A DNA stretch of 64,000 nucleotides from an uncultured Atopobium sp. (lineage in GTDB: Bacteria > Actinomycetota > Coriobacteriia > Coriobacteriales > Atopobiaceae), in NCBI GenBank assembly GCA_938036925.1, contig CALHVU010000052.1, positions 893 to 64,892 on the forward strand. Reading direction: 5' to 3'. The notes below the pieces were generated by a model that saw only the letters and a program-made list of their open reading frames with translations, made no database searches and was not told the origin of the DNA. Made by a program: the position numbers and the translations under genes. Shown piece after piece: positions 16,769 through 25,725 of the stretch; within the stretch, counting starts at the first letter, position 1, and each line of letters starts with the position of its first letter.

Positions 16769-18172
16769 ATGATTGGTCGTTTTATTAAGAGAGCTGCAGT
16801 TAGAGCTGCAGGTTTAGCAATTACTCAGTATGCCGCAAAGGCAGCACTTCAATCCGAGGCCGGAAGAAAGCTGCTTGCTACAACGGCTTCTAAGGCTGCT
16901 AACTTAGCAGGCAATATCGCAAAGGAGCAGCTTACCGCTGGGTTTAATGCTCATATTAGGCCAGCACTCCCAAGTGGCGATGTCATTCAGTCATCAGTCG
17001 CTCGTGCTCAGTCTGCGCTTCGTTCGGCTCAGACCTCTGTTTTGGCTGCTCAGGCACAGCTTCAGTCTAATCTAGAGAATCGTTTTTCTCGCCCAAAGAA
17101 CAAGCTTTCAAAGCAACTTGCAAGCACTGCAGAGTCGCTTGAAGAGATGGGGGAGACCCTGGCCGAGCACCAGGATGCTGCCGCAGATATCGCAGTTGCA
17201 GATGTTGTTGAGGAAATTGCTGCTCAAGATGGACAGGATTCTGACGCTCTGTTAGCTTCTACCAAGAAGCGTAAGTCGTTTAGAAACGCGGCAATTGCTG
17301 GTGGCGTTGTGGCTGGTGCTGCTCTTGGTTTAGCTGCATACGGTGCTTATTCTATTGCTCCACGCAAGCAAAATGATCGCCTGCTTCTGGAGCGTTGGCA
17401 CGAGATTGCTCGTCATCGCTATGCTCACCGTGGCCTCTACAACAACGAGGCGGGCATTCCAGAGAACTCCCTGCTTGCTTTCCGCGCAGCTGTCGAGAAG
17501 GGCTTTGGCTCCGAGGTTGATGTTCACCTGACCGCAGACAACAAGTTGGTAGTTGTTCACGATTCAGCACTTGATCGCCTCTGTGGCGTACAGAAGATTG
17601 TTGAGGAGTCCACGCTAGAGGAGCTTCGTGGTCTTAGGCTTCTTGCTACTGACGAGCAGATTCCAACGTTTGAGGAAGTCCTTGAGGTTTATGCATGGAG
17701 TGGCTCCGGTGAGCTACCTGCACCTTTGATTATTGAGGCTAAGACACGCAACAATAACGCTGAGCAGCTGACAGAAAAGATTATGCAGGCTCTTGATCTT
17801 CGTCCCGTTCGTGCATGCATCGAGAGCTTTGACCCTCGCGTTTTGCAGTGGCTGCGTCAGAACCGTCCTGAGATGCTTCGCGGCCAGCTCTCAGAGAATT
17901 TCCTGGTTGACCGTCAGACTAAGCACATGAACATTGCTACACGAGCTGGCGCTACAGCTCTCTTTGGTAATTCTGTTGGTCGCCCAGACTTCATTTCATA
18001 CAAGTTTGAAGATCGCAAGAACCCCTTTGTTAAGCTGGCTTGCAATACCATGGGCGCACATCTGATTACCTGGACCGTTAGGAACGAGGAGGACATGATT
18101 GCCTCCGAGCTTGAAGGTGCACCTATCATCTTTGAGGGATTTATTCCAACTCCCGCGTCGCTGATCAACTAG
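16769..18172 (+). CDS. Glycerophosphodiester phosphodiesterase (GDPD) domain protein, membrane anchored
   Basis: HRYAHRGL...ENSLLAFRAAVEKGFGSEVDVHLTADNKLVVVHD motif set. TM span before the catalytic domain. AAGGGA RBS before the ATG at 16769. Confidence 0.85.
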   Translation: MIGRFIKRAAVRAAGLAITQYAAKAALQSEAGRKLLATTASKAANLAGNIAKEQLTAGFNAHIRPALPSGDVIQSSVARAQSALRSAQTSVLAAQAQLQSNLENRFSRPKNKLSKQLASTAESLEEMGETLAEHQDAAADIAVADVVEEIAAQDGQDSDALLASTKKRKSFRNAAIAGGVVAGAALGLAAYGAYSIAPRKQNDRLLLERWHEIARHRYAHRGLYNNEAGIPENSLLAFRAAVEKGFGSEVDVHLTADNKLVVVHDSALDRLCGVQKIVEESTLEELRGLRLLATDEQIPTFEEVLEVYAWSGSGELPAPLIIEAKTRNNNAEQLTEKIMQALDLRPVRACIESFDPRVLQWLRQNRPEMLRGQLSENFLVDRQTKHMNIATRAGATALFGNSVGRPDFISYKFEDRKNPFVKLACNTMGAHLITWTVRNEEDMIASELEGAPIIFEGFIPTPASLIN

Positions 18173-18182
18173 CTTTCCAATC

Positions 18183-18214
18183 GGTGAGAAGAACGTTTGG
18201 CGAGAAGAACGTTT
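18183..18214 (+). repeat. 16-bp tandem duplication containing a variant of the abundant word
   Basis: GGTGAGAAGAACGTTT and GGCGAGAAGAACGTTT are adjacent. An exact inverted GGGTTTCTCGCC follows at 18259-18270. Confidence 0.8.
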
Positions 18215-18312
18215 GGCTTAAACTACGTCCAAAACTCTATGTCTATCTGGGACTCCACGGGTTTCTCGCCCGCGGAGTTTCTTGTGAAAAGTTCCTTAAG
18301 ATTGTTGTATGA

Positions 18313-18328
18313 ATATATGTACATATAT
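18313..18328. promoter_or_regulatory. Perfect 16-bp palindrome upstream of the P-type ATPase
   Basis: ATATATGTACATATAT, 47 bp upstream of the ATG at 18375. Candidate metal-sensor (ArsR/SmtB-like) operator. Confidence 0.35.
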
Positions 18329-18374
18329 CAATTTAAAGAGTAGACTAGGTATAACAACAACCCAAGGAGGAGCT

Positions 18375-20270
18375 ATGAGCTCAAAGACAAAGGTGAAAAT
18401 TGCTCGCATTGTCTGTTCTGCTGTTTTGCTAGGTATTGCTTACGCGGTTGAACACGCATTTGACCTGCAGCTCTGGCAGGCACTGTTGCTTTACCTGTTG
18501 CCTTACGCTGTTGCGGGATACGATGTTGTTCTAGAAGCATGGGAGAGCATCACTGAGGGCGAGTGCTTTAACGAAGACTTGCTCATGACCATTGCTACTG
18601 TTGGTGCCTTGCTCATTGGCTTTGTGCCTAACGGTTCTCCTATGTTTGATGAGGCCGTCTTTGTCATGCTGTTCTTCCAGGTAGGAGAGGTGTTTGAACA
18701 CCTTGCTTCCGATAACAGCAAGAAGTCTATTGCCAAGCTTATGGATATTCGCCCTGACAGCGCAACGGTTGAACGTGACGGACAGCTGCTCACTATCTCT
18801 CCAGAAGAGATTAAGCTGGGAGAGATTATTGTGGTTAAACCCGGCGACCGTGTTCCTGTTGACGCAGAGATCGTCGAGGGTTCTACCAGTCTTGATACCG
18901 TCGCTCTTACTGGTGAGAGCGTGCCTCGTGACGCAACGGTGGGGGATAACATTATCTCGGGCTGCGTAAACCTTTCTGGCGTGGTACGCGCCCGCGTTAC
19001 TCACCTCTTTGAAGACTCTACTGCTTCCCGCATCATTAAGCTGGTAGAGAGCTCAAACCAAAACAAGTCCAAGAGCGAGAGGTTTATTCGTCGTTTTTCT
19101 CGCGTGTATACTCCAGCAGTTGTTTACAGTGCCATTGCGCTGGCGTTTTTGCCACCACTGCTTTCGGGGGACTTTGTAGCTAACGCTTCTACCTGGGCTG
19201 TAAGGGCACTTACCTTCCTTATTGCATCTTGTCCGTGTGCGCTGGTAGTTTCCGTGCCACTGGCCTTCTTTGGCGGTATTGGCGCTGCTTCGAAGGAGGG
19301 CATCCTAATCAAGGGCTCTTCGTACATTGATATGCTTTCTACCCTTGATACCGTTGCCTTTGACAAGACCGGTACGTTGACCGAGGGTGTCTTTGAGGTT
19401 CTGGCTGTTCATTCTCAGACCATTGGCGAGAAGGACCTTCTGCACCTAGCTTCTCACGTTGAGATGCACTCCACACACCCCATTGCTGCAGCTCTTCGTG
19501 CTGCTTATCCAAGCGAGGACGATAACTGTGTTATCACGGACATCAAAGAAATTGCTGGTCAGGGCATTTGCGCTAACGTGAATGGTAAGAGCGTTGCTGT
19601 TGGCAACAGCGCACTTATGGAGAGCGTAGGAGCTTCTTGGAAAGCGTGCGAGAACCACGGAACCATCATTCACGTGGCTGTTGATGGGACCTACATGGGC
19701 CACATTGTTATTTCTGACCGCGAACGAGCTGATGCTCCAGCAGCAATCGCTTCCCTCAAAAACGTTGGCGTTTCTAGGGTTGTTATGCTCACGGGCGATA
19801 AACGCGACGTTGCAGAAGAGATTGCTGCTCAGATGGGCATCACTGAGGTTCGCTCTGAGTTGCTTCCACAGGATAAGGTTTCTGCCGTTGAAGGCCTTCT
19901 CGCCCAAAAGACAGCTGGTAAGTCCCTTGCCTTTGTTGGCGACGGCATCAATGATGCACCCGTTCTTGCACGCGCTGATGTAGGCGTTGCTATGGGCGGT
20001 TTGGGGTCTGATGCTGCTATTGAGGCCGCAGACGTAGTTCTTATGGACGACAAGCTTTCTAAGCTCTCAAAGGCCGTAAAGATTGCTCGTCATACCTTGG
20101 GTATTGCAAAGCAAAACATTGTGTTTGCTATTGGAGTTAAGGTTGCTGTTTTGATCCTTGCAGCCTTTGGTTTGGCTCCCATGTGGCTAGCGGTCTTTGG
20201 AGACATAGGCGTTATGGTGCTTGCGGTTCTTAATTCCACTAGAGCTTTGAATATAAAGTCGATTAAGTAA
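18375..20270 (+). CDS. Heavy-metal translocating P1B-type ATPase (Cd/Zn/Co-like)
   Basis: CPC motif (SCPCALV), DKTGTLT, GDGINDAP. No N-terminal HMA domain. AAGGAGGAG RBS. Confidence 0.9.
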   Translation: MSSKTKVKIARIVCSAVLLGIAYAVEHAFDLQLWQALLLYLLPYAVAGYDVVLEAWESITEGECFNEDLLMTIATVGALLIGFVPNGSPMFDEAVFVMLFFQVGEVFEHLASDNSKKSIAKLMDIRPDSATVERDGQLLTISPEEIKLGEIIVVKPGDRVPVDAEIVEGSTSLDTVALTGESVPRDATVGDNIISGCVNLSGVVRARVTHLFEDSTASRIIKLVESSNQNKSKSERFIRRFSRVYTPAVVYSAIALAFLPPLLSGDFVANASTWAVRALTFLIASCPCALVVSVPLAFFGGIGAASKEGILIKGSSYIDMLSTLDTVAFDKTGTLTEGVFEVLAVHSQTIGEKDLLHLASHVEMHSTHPIAAALRAAYPSEDDNCVITDIKEIAGQGICANVNGKSVAVGNSALMESVGASWKACENHGTIIHVAVDGTYMGHIVISDRERADAPAAIASLKNVGVSRVVMLTGDKRDVAEEIAAQMGITEVRSELLPQDKVSAVEGLLAQKTAGKSLAFVGDGINDAPVLARADVGVAMGGLGSDAAIEAADVVLMDDKLSKLSKAVKIARHTLGIAKQNIVFAIGVKVAVLILAAFGLAPMWLAVFGDIGVMVLAVLNSTRALNIKSIK

Positions 20271-20291
20271 AAGAGTCAGGGCTGCTGGCCT

Positions 20292-20319
20292 AAAAAAGAG
20301 CGCTCGCAAAGGAGCGCTC
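20292..20319 (-). terminator. Terminator shared by the convergent ATPase and trmB genes
   Basis: GAGCGCTC-GCAAAG-GAGCGCTC hairpin with a T6 run on the minus strand. Confidence 0.7.
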
Positions 20320-20371
20320 CTACAAAGGTTGTTTTCACAAACGGCTGTTTCTACACATAGCTAATTACAAA

Positions 20372-21199
20372 TTACTGAGCCTTCTTACGAAGTCTACGAG
20401 CACGGTTTGCAAGATTGCGGACCGTGCTTTCCATTCCATGAGGAACGTAGGCCAGCGATTCTAAGTCTTCTGGAAGGTAGTCAACAAGACTGACAGGCTC
20501 TGTGGGTGTGAAATCTGCTGGTACAGGACCTGGAGCAATCAGGTAGGCATGAACCTTAGCGCCCTGGGCGCCAAGTTTTTGTTCGTACTCACTAGGAACA
20601 TCGTGAGGAAAATCGTTCTGTGCATCTCGCGTTTTCCAAATAAAGTTGTAACCAGCAACTTCAACTTGCTCAAGAGAAAAATCAAAAAGTGGCTGACTGT
20701 CCGTTTTAAGACGAACAACACCCTCTTTAGCTAAAACATTTCTATACTGCATAAGACGCTCAGCATCAGTGAGGCGCAACTTTGCCTGCCTGATTCGAGG
20801 AAATGGTGCAGGGAAGTTGAGATAAATAACAGAGACTTCTTCTGGCGAGAAGTACTCATCAATCTTCATGCCGGTACCAGGTACTACGATGGCGTTAGGC
20901 ACTCCTGCTTCATACATTGTTTTAGCAGCATATGAAATACAGATAGGTTCTGTATCAATGGCTACAAAAAGCACGTTAGGATTTGCCTTAGCTTGAGCAG
21001 CAGTAAAAGATCCCTTGCCGCAGCCAAGGTCTACACGGACCTCAGAGAAGGGAACATGCCCCTCAGCAGTAATTGGCGCACACGCAGAAGCCCACGTACC
21101 TCTCAAAGTCTCTGGATGAGGCTCAATAACGCTGGAATACGCCTCTAAGCGCTCTTCCAGAACAAAGTTTTTAGGCAAACGTGCATGTAGTGCGCGCAA
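20372..21199 (-). CDS. trmB: tRNA (guanine-N7)-methyltransferase
   Basis: VRVDLGCGKGSF SAM-binding motif and TrmB-like length. TTG start with a GAGGAG RBS. Confidence 0.8.
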   Translation of the reverse strand: MRALHARLPKNFVLEERLEAYSSVIEPHPETLRGTWASACAPITAEGHVPFSEVRVDLGCGKGSFTAAQAKANPNVLFVAIDTEPICISYAAKTMYEAGVPNAIVVPGTGMKIDEYFSPEEVSVIYLNFPAPFPRIRQAKLRLTDAERLMQYRNVLAKEGVVRLKTDSQPLFDFSLEQVEVAGYNFIWKTRDAQNDFPHDVPSEYEQKLGAQGAKVHAYLIAPGPVPADFTPTEPVSLVDYLPEDLESLAYVPHGMESTVRNLANRARRLRKKAQ

Positions 21200-21235
21200 A
21201 GCAACTCCTCAACAAGCAGGCAAAATCAGCTTTTT

Positions 21236-21853
21236 TTACAGAAGCTGATCAAGCGTTTCTCCGTACGAAGGTAGGAATTCTGTCATAAAATCGCGCACTT
21301 CTGGAAGAGAATCTGCTAAATCTTCAACAACTCCACGAGTTGAGGCTTCAGCGGTAATAAATTCTGAGTTTCCAGACTGAGCCTCCTCAATACACTTAAT
21401 GAGTGCTGCAATCTTATCTGCAGCTTTAATAAGCTTTCTAAGATAAGCTTCACTCTCTGAAGCCTCAGTGCTGTGAGTAAGCACCTGAGCATAGGCATCT
21501 TGCAGGTCTTCTGGCAGTGTGGAGAGAATGGTTTTCTCGGCACGTGCTTCTACCTGATGATACGCATCTCTAATCTCTGAATTAGCGTACTTTACAGGCG
21601 TAGGCATGTCTCCGGTGATAATCTCTGATGCATCGTGATACATACCAATAAGGGCCGCGCGATCTGCGTCAAGATTTCTGTGATAGCGCACATTTGCAAT
21701 AGTTGCTAGGCAGTGAGAAATAACGGCCACGTCAAGGGCGTGTTCAGCAAGACTTTCTGAGCGAGAATTGCGCATAAGCGACCAGCGCTCAATGTAGCGC
21801 ATGCGAGAAATAAGTGCAAAAAAGCTGGACTGCGACGAAGAATTCTGAGACAT
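21236..21853 (-). CDS. HD-domain 5'-deoxynucleotidase (YfbR-like)
   Basis: RWSLMRN..ESLAEHALDVA...YHDASEIITGDMPTPVKY pattern of the YfbR family. Confidence 0.8.
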   Translation of the reverse strand: MSQNSSSQSSFFALISRMRYIERWSLMRNSRSESLAEHALDVAVISHCLATIANVRYHRNLDADRAALIGMYHDASEIITGDMPTPVKYANSEIRDAYHQVEARAEKTILSTLPEDLQDAYAQVLTHSTEASESEAYLRKLIKAADKIAALIKCIEEAQSGNSEFITAEASTRGVVEDLADSLPEVRDFMTEFLPSYGETLDQLL

Positions 21854-22134
21854 TGCCCCTCCTTAATTTGTTTTCTCAACCTTACCACGGATACCGGACA
21901 AAAACTGTTTTTGACACAACTATGCAATGTAGTCATAGCAAATATGAAGTAATCAAATACTTTAGATGTTTATATGAAATTATTGATATCTGAACATCCG
22001 TTCATGGGTATTTTTGCTCCGCTTACCGGCAACCATGGCTAACTTATTCCAAAGGAGTTAACCCAGGCTTACTATGCAAGTAAACCTCGTCCGTTTAAAA
22101 GAAGTGAGCGGACAACAAAGGAAGGATGGGAAAC

Positions 22135-23382
22135 ATGAGTAAGTATGCTTTTGTAGGCGGCAAGCTCGTTGACGGTACTGGTGCTGCACCGGTCGAGGAC
22201 TCCCTTGTCCTTATCGATGAAGACAAGATTACCTATGCTGGTCCTCGTAAAGAGGTCCCAGAGGGATATGAGGTACGTGACGCATCTGGCCATACCGTAA
22301 TGCCTGGTCTTGTTGATACACACCTGCACTTCTCCGGCAACCTGACCGACAACGATAACGACTGGGTTATCGAGTCCGTTGCTCAGAAGCAGGCATGCGC
22401 AGTCAAGCAGGCTTATGATGCTCTTACCCACGGCCTCACCACTGTCGTTGAGATTGGCCGCAATGGTATTGCTATCCGCGACCTCGTTAACATGGGCATT
22501 ATGCAGGGTCCTCGTATCTTTGCTACCGGCCTTGGCCTTTGTCGCGTTGCTGGTCACGGTGACTCTCACCACCTGCCACTGCAGATTTCCAAGGACGGAC
22601 ACCCTTGGGGCGACCAGGTAGACGGTCCATGGGAGCTTCGTAAGGCAATTCGTCGTCGTCTCCGTGAAGAGCCTGACGGCATCAAGATCTGGGCAACCGG
22701 TGGCGGCATTTGGCGCTGGGACTCCGACCGTCTGCAGCTCTTCTGCACCGAGGAAATCAAGGCAATTGCTGACGAGTGCGCACTGGTAGGCATTCCTCTG
22801 TACGCTCACTCCTACAATAACTTTGACGCTGCATATGACTGCGTCCGCTTTGGTTGCAAGCAGCTCATTCATGGCTTTGAGCTTGACGAGCGCACCATGA
22901 AGCTTATGGCTGAGCAGGGAACATACTTCACCCCAACCATCGGCTTCCTGCCAACTTGGTACGGAACCTATCCACCAGACTGGACTCCAGAGCTTGATGC
23001 ATTCCCAGGCGAGACTGTTGTCGAGAAGGGCCTTGCACGCACCTACGCTAACCTGCGTAAGGCTTATGATATGGGCATCACCATTACCATCGGCTCCGAC
23101 TCCTTCAGCTTTGTCACTCCTTACGGCTACGTCACCATCGACGAGATGTATGACTTTGTCGAGAAGGTTGGCATCTCCATCCTTGATACTGTTGCAGCTG
23201 CTACTTACAACGGCGCAAAGATGCTGGGCAAGGAGAACGAGTTTGGTGCTGTCAAGGAAGGCCTCTCCGCTGATATCCTCGTAGTCAAGGGCGACGTTGC
23301 TAACAACATCCGCGACCTCACGCCTGAGAACATGGACGTCATCATGAAGGAAGGCAAGATTATTGATCGCGGTAGCTTCTAA
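22135..23382 (+). CDS. Amidohydrolase-family metal-dependent hydrolase
   Basis: MPGLVDTHLHF HxH motif and a TIM-barrel-sized protein. The second ATG (22135) is better spaced from the AAGGAAGG RBS. Confidence 0.8.
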   Translation: MSKYAFVGGKLVDGTGAAPVEDSLVLIDEDKITYAGPRKEVPEGYEVRDASGHTVMPGLVDTHLHFSGNLTDNDNDWVIESVAQKQACAVKQAYDALTHGLTTVVEIGRNGIAIRDLVNMGIMQGPRIFATGLGLCRVAGHGDSHHLPLQISKDGHPWGDQVDGPWELRKAIRRRLREEPDGIKIWATGGGIWRWDSDRLQLFCTEEIKAIADECALVGIPLYAHSYNNFDAAYDCVRFGCKQLIHGFELDERTMKLMAEQGTYFTPTIGFLPTWYGTYPPDWTPELDAFPGETVVEKGLARTYANLRKAYDMGITITIGSDSFSFVTPYGYVTIDEMYDFVEKVGISILDTVAAATYNGAKMLGKENEFGAVKEGLSADILVVKGDVANNIRDLTPENMDVIMKEGKIIDRGSF

Positions 23383-23415
23383 GCTTCCAGCTCGATAATT
23401 TGTAACGCGAAGGTT

Positions 23416-23452
23416 GGGCCCTGACTCACTTAAGCGTCAGGGCCCACTTTTA
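23416..23452 (+). terminator. Rho-independent terminator
   Basis: GGGCCCTGAC-loop-GTCAGGGCCC followed by ACTTTTA. Confidence 0.75.
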
Positions 23453-23507
23453 CAGGCAAGAAGTTTATTCTTTGATATAAAAGTTCGACATTTGATAGGA
23501 GCTCACT

Positions 23508-24653
23508 ATGTCTGAACCAAAGCAGGTGAAAATTGTGCTGCTTACCGGCTATTTAGGCGCAGGTAAGACCACTATTTTGAACCACATTCTCTCTAACACT
23601 GAAGGTATTCACGCAGCAGTTATCGTCAATGATATTGGCGAGATTAACGTTGATGCTGGTCTTATTAAAGACGGCGGCTACGCTAAAGAAGGCGACGTTA
23701 TTCCTCTGACCAACGGTTGCCTCTGCTGCACCCTTTCTAATGACTTGGCACTTCAGTTGGGTGATTTGGCCGATACCGAGGAGTTTGACTACATCATTAT
23801 TGAGGCTTCGGGCATCTGCGAGCCAATCCCCATTACCTATAACATTTCTGCATTCTGCAATCAGAGCCAGCATGCAACTAATCACTCTCACCTCAACCTT
23901 GATAACATCGTCGCAGTTGTTGACTGTGCTCGCATGTTTGAGGAGTTCCACAACGGCGCCGATCTTCTCGACCCAGATATTGAAGAGGATGACATCGAGA
24001 ACCTGCTTATTCAGCAGATTGAGTTCTGCTCTACGCTGGTACTCAACAAGACCGATCTGGTTACTCCAGAGCAGCTCCACGAGCTCAAGGCGCTTGTTCG
24101 TGGCCTGCAGAAAGACGCCGTTATTGTTGAGGCGGTCAACGGTGACATTCCAATGAGCGAGCTTATCAATACGGGCCGTTTTGACTTTGACAAAGCTTAC
24201 GCCTCCGCTGCCTGGATGGATGCAATGGAGCATCCTGAGGAGCACGAGGACCCAGAGGTTTTGGAGTACGAGATTACTACCTTTGTGTATCGCCGCCGTC
24301 AGCCATTTGACCTGGACAAACTTAACCAGTTTGTGGCTAGCTGGCCAAAGAATATCATCCGCGTCAAGGGTAGCATCTGGATTTCGCAAGACCCCGAGAT
24401 GAGCTACGTATTTGAGCAGGCTGGCAAGCAGGTCCAGTTCTACGAGAATGGCATGTTCTACGCATCGCTGCCAGAGGATGAGCGAGAAACCCTTCTTGAC
24501 GAGAAACCCGAGCTACGCGCAGAATGGGATGATGAACTGGGCGATCGTCAAACTAAGCTGTGCTTCATTGGCCGTCATATGAACCATGAGGAAATTGAAG
24601 CCGGTCTGGATGCATGCCTTACTGAATATGCTCCTGACGAGTTTGACTACTAG
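23508..24653 (+). CDS. COG0523 (CobW/ZigA/YeiR-type) metallochaperone GTPase
   Basis: P-loop GYLGAGKTT, CxCC motif GCLCCT, acidic/His-containing linker, CobW_C-like end. Confidence 0.9.
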   Translation: MSEPKQVKIVLLTGYLGAGKTTILNHILSNTEGIHAAVIVNDIGEINVDAGLIKDGGYAKEGDVIPLTNGCLCCTLSNDLALQLGDLADTEEFDYIIIEASGICEPIPITYNISAFCNQSQHATNHSHLNLDNIVAVVDCARMFEEFHNGADLLDPDIEEDDIENLLIQQIEFCSTLVLNKTDLVTPEQLHELKALVRGLQKDAVIVEAVNGDIPMSELINTGRFDFDKAYASAAWMDAMEHPEEHEDPEVLEYEITTFVYRRRQPFDLDKLNQFVASWPKNIIRVKGSIWISQDPEMSYVFEQAGKQVQFYENGMFYASLPEDERETLLDEKPELRAEWDDELGDRQTKLCFIGRHMNHEEIEAGLDACLTEYAPDEFDY

Positions 24654-24689
24654 CGTTTTCAGCGCCAAGAGCTCCGGCGCTTGAGACGA

Positions 24690-24718
24690 GGGACCCAGTT
24701 TATCCGGGTCCCTTTTTT
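24690..24718 (+). terminator. Rho-independent terminator
   Basis: GGGACCC-AGTTTATCC-GGGTCCC followed by TTTTTT. Confidence 0.8.
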
Positions 24719-24734
24719 AGGTTAGAGGTGCCTA

Positions 24735-25586
24735 ATGACCAAGATTGAGCAGCTTAAAGACTGGATTCAGTCGTCAGATAACATTGTTTTCTTTGGTGGC
24801 GCAGGCGTGTCAACGGAAAGCGGTATTCCTGATTTTAGGGGTACTAACGGTCTGTATCGCCAGGGCGGCATCAAGGTAGAAAACATGACCATTGGCCTGG
24901 GCCAAGACGGCTATGACATGGGAAAAGAAGCCTACGACCTGGGAAATGGAGTAACGGTTGACCCCGATAACGAGGAGTCTTTTGCCTACAGTAAGGCGCC
25001 AGATTTTACGCTTGAAGAGATCTTCTCGCTCGATGTGTTTTTTGATTACCCCGCAGCGTATTACACGTATTTTAGAAACTCTCATCATTTGGGGGAGGCT
25101 CAGCCAAACATTGCTCACAAGTGGCTGGCAGACTTGGAAGCTGCGGGAAAGTTGCGCGCGGTGGTGACGCAAAACATCGACGGACTGCATCAAGCTGCTG
25201 GTAGCAAGCGTGTGTTTGAGCTCCATGGCAACGAGACGCGTTTTTATTGTCCCGAGTGCGGCCACACCTACACGCTTGATCAGATTGAAGAGCAGTCGTC
25301 TGTGGTGCCGCTCTGTCAATGCGGCGCAGTTATTAGGCCTGATATCGTCTTTTACGGAGAGGGCCTTGATATGGACACGGTTTACGGCGCGCTGAATGCT
25401 ATCTCACAAGCGGAGGTTCTTGTAGTTGCAGGAAGTTCGCTGGTAGTGCAGCCTGCCGCTGGTCTTCTCGACTACTACGAGGGCAACAAAATGGTCATTA
25501 TCAACGACCAACCTACGCCGTACGATGGTCGCGCCAATCTGGTGATCAGAGACAGAATAGGAGCCGTCATAGAACAGCTCCTGTAG
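24735..25586 (+). CDS. cobB: NAD-dependent protein deacylase (Sir2 family)
   Basis: GAGVSTESGIPDFRG, QNIDGLH, Zn ribbon CPECG...CQCG. An insertion of about 60 aa follows the first motif. Confidence 0.85.
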   Translation: MTKIEQLKDWIQSSDNIVFFGGAGVSTESGIPDFRGTNGLYRQGGIKVENMTIGLGQDGYDMGKEAYDLGNGVTVDPDNEESFAYSKAPDFTLEEIFSLDVFFDYPAAYYTYFRNSHHLGEAQPNIAHKWLADLEAAGKLRAVVTQNIDGLHQAAGSKRVFELHGNETRFYCPECGHTYTLDQIEEQSSVVPLCQCGAVIRPDIVFYGEGLDMDTVYGALNAISQAEVLVVAGSSLVVQPAAGLLDYYEGNKMVIINDQPTPYDGRANLVIRDRIGAVIEQLL

Positions 25587-25620
25587 AAAAACGCCTACCC
25601 GCGAAAGTGCAGGTAGGCGT
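25587..25620 (-). terminator. Hairpin terminator (T-run on the minus strand) for the pyrophosphatase gene
   Basis: ACGCCTACC-loop-GGTAGGCGT, with TTTTT on the minus strand. Confidence 0.65.
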
Positions 25621-25636
25621 TATCATTTCAATCAAT

Positions 25637-25722
25637 GGCGAGAAATCCGACGCGCGAGAAACCCGACGAGCGAGAAAGTTGCGCAGTGGAAGCTCGCATA
25701 AGGCGCGACGCGCGAGAAACCC
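25637..25722 (+). repeat. Direct array of four copies/variants of the abundant word
   Basis: GGCGAGAAATCC at 25637, CGCGAGAAACCC at 25653, AGCGAGAAAGTT at 25669, CGCGAGAAACCC at 25711. Confidence 0.85.
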
Positions 25723-25725
25723 GTG

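Noticed and set aside
24735-25586. The Sir2-domain gene as a defence (Thoeris/DSR-like) effector.
   Set aside because: It has the full canonical deacylase motifs and a zinc ribbon, is of normal size, and sits in a housekeeping context. No partner sensor gene.
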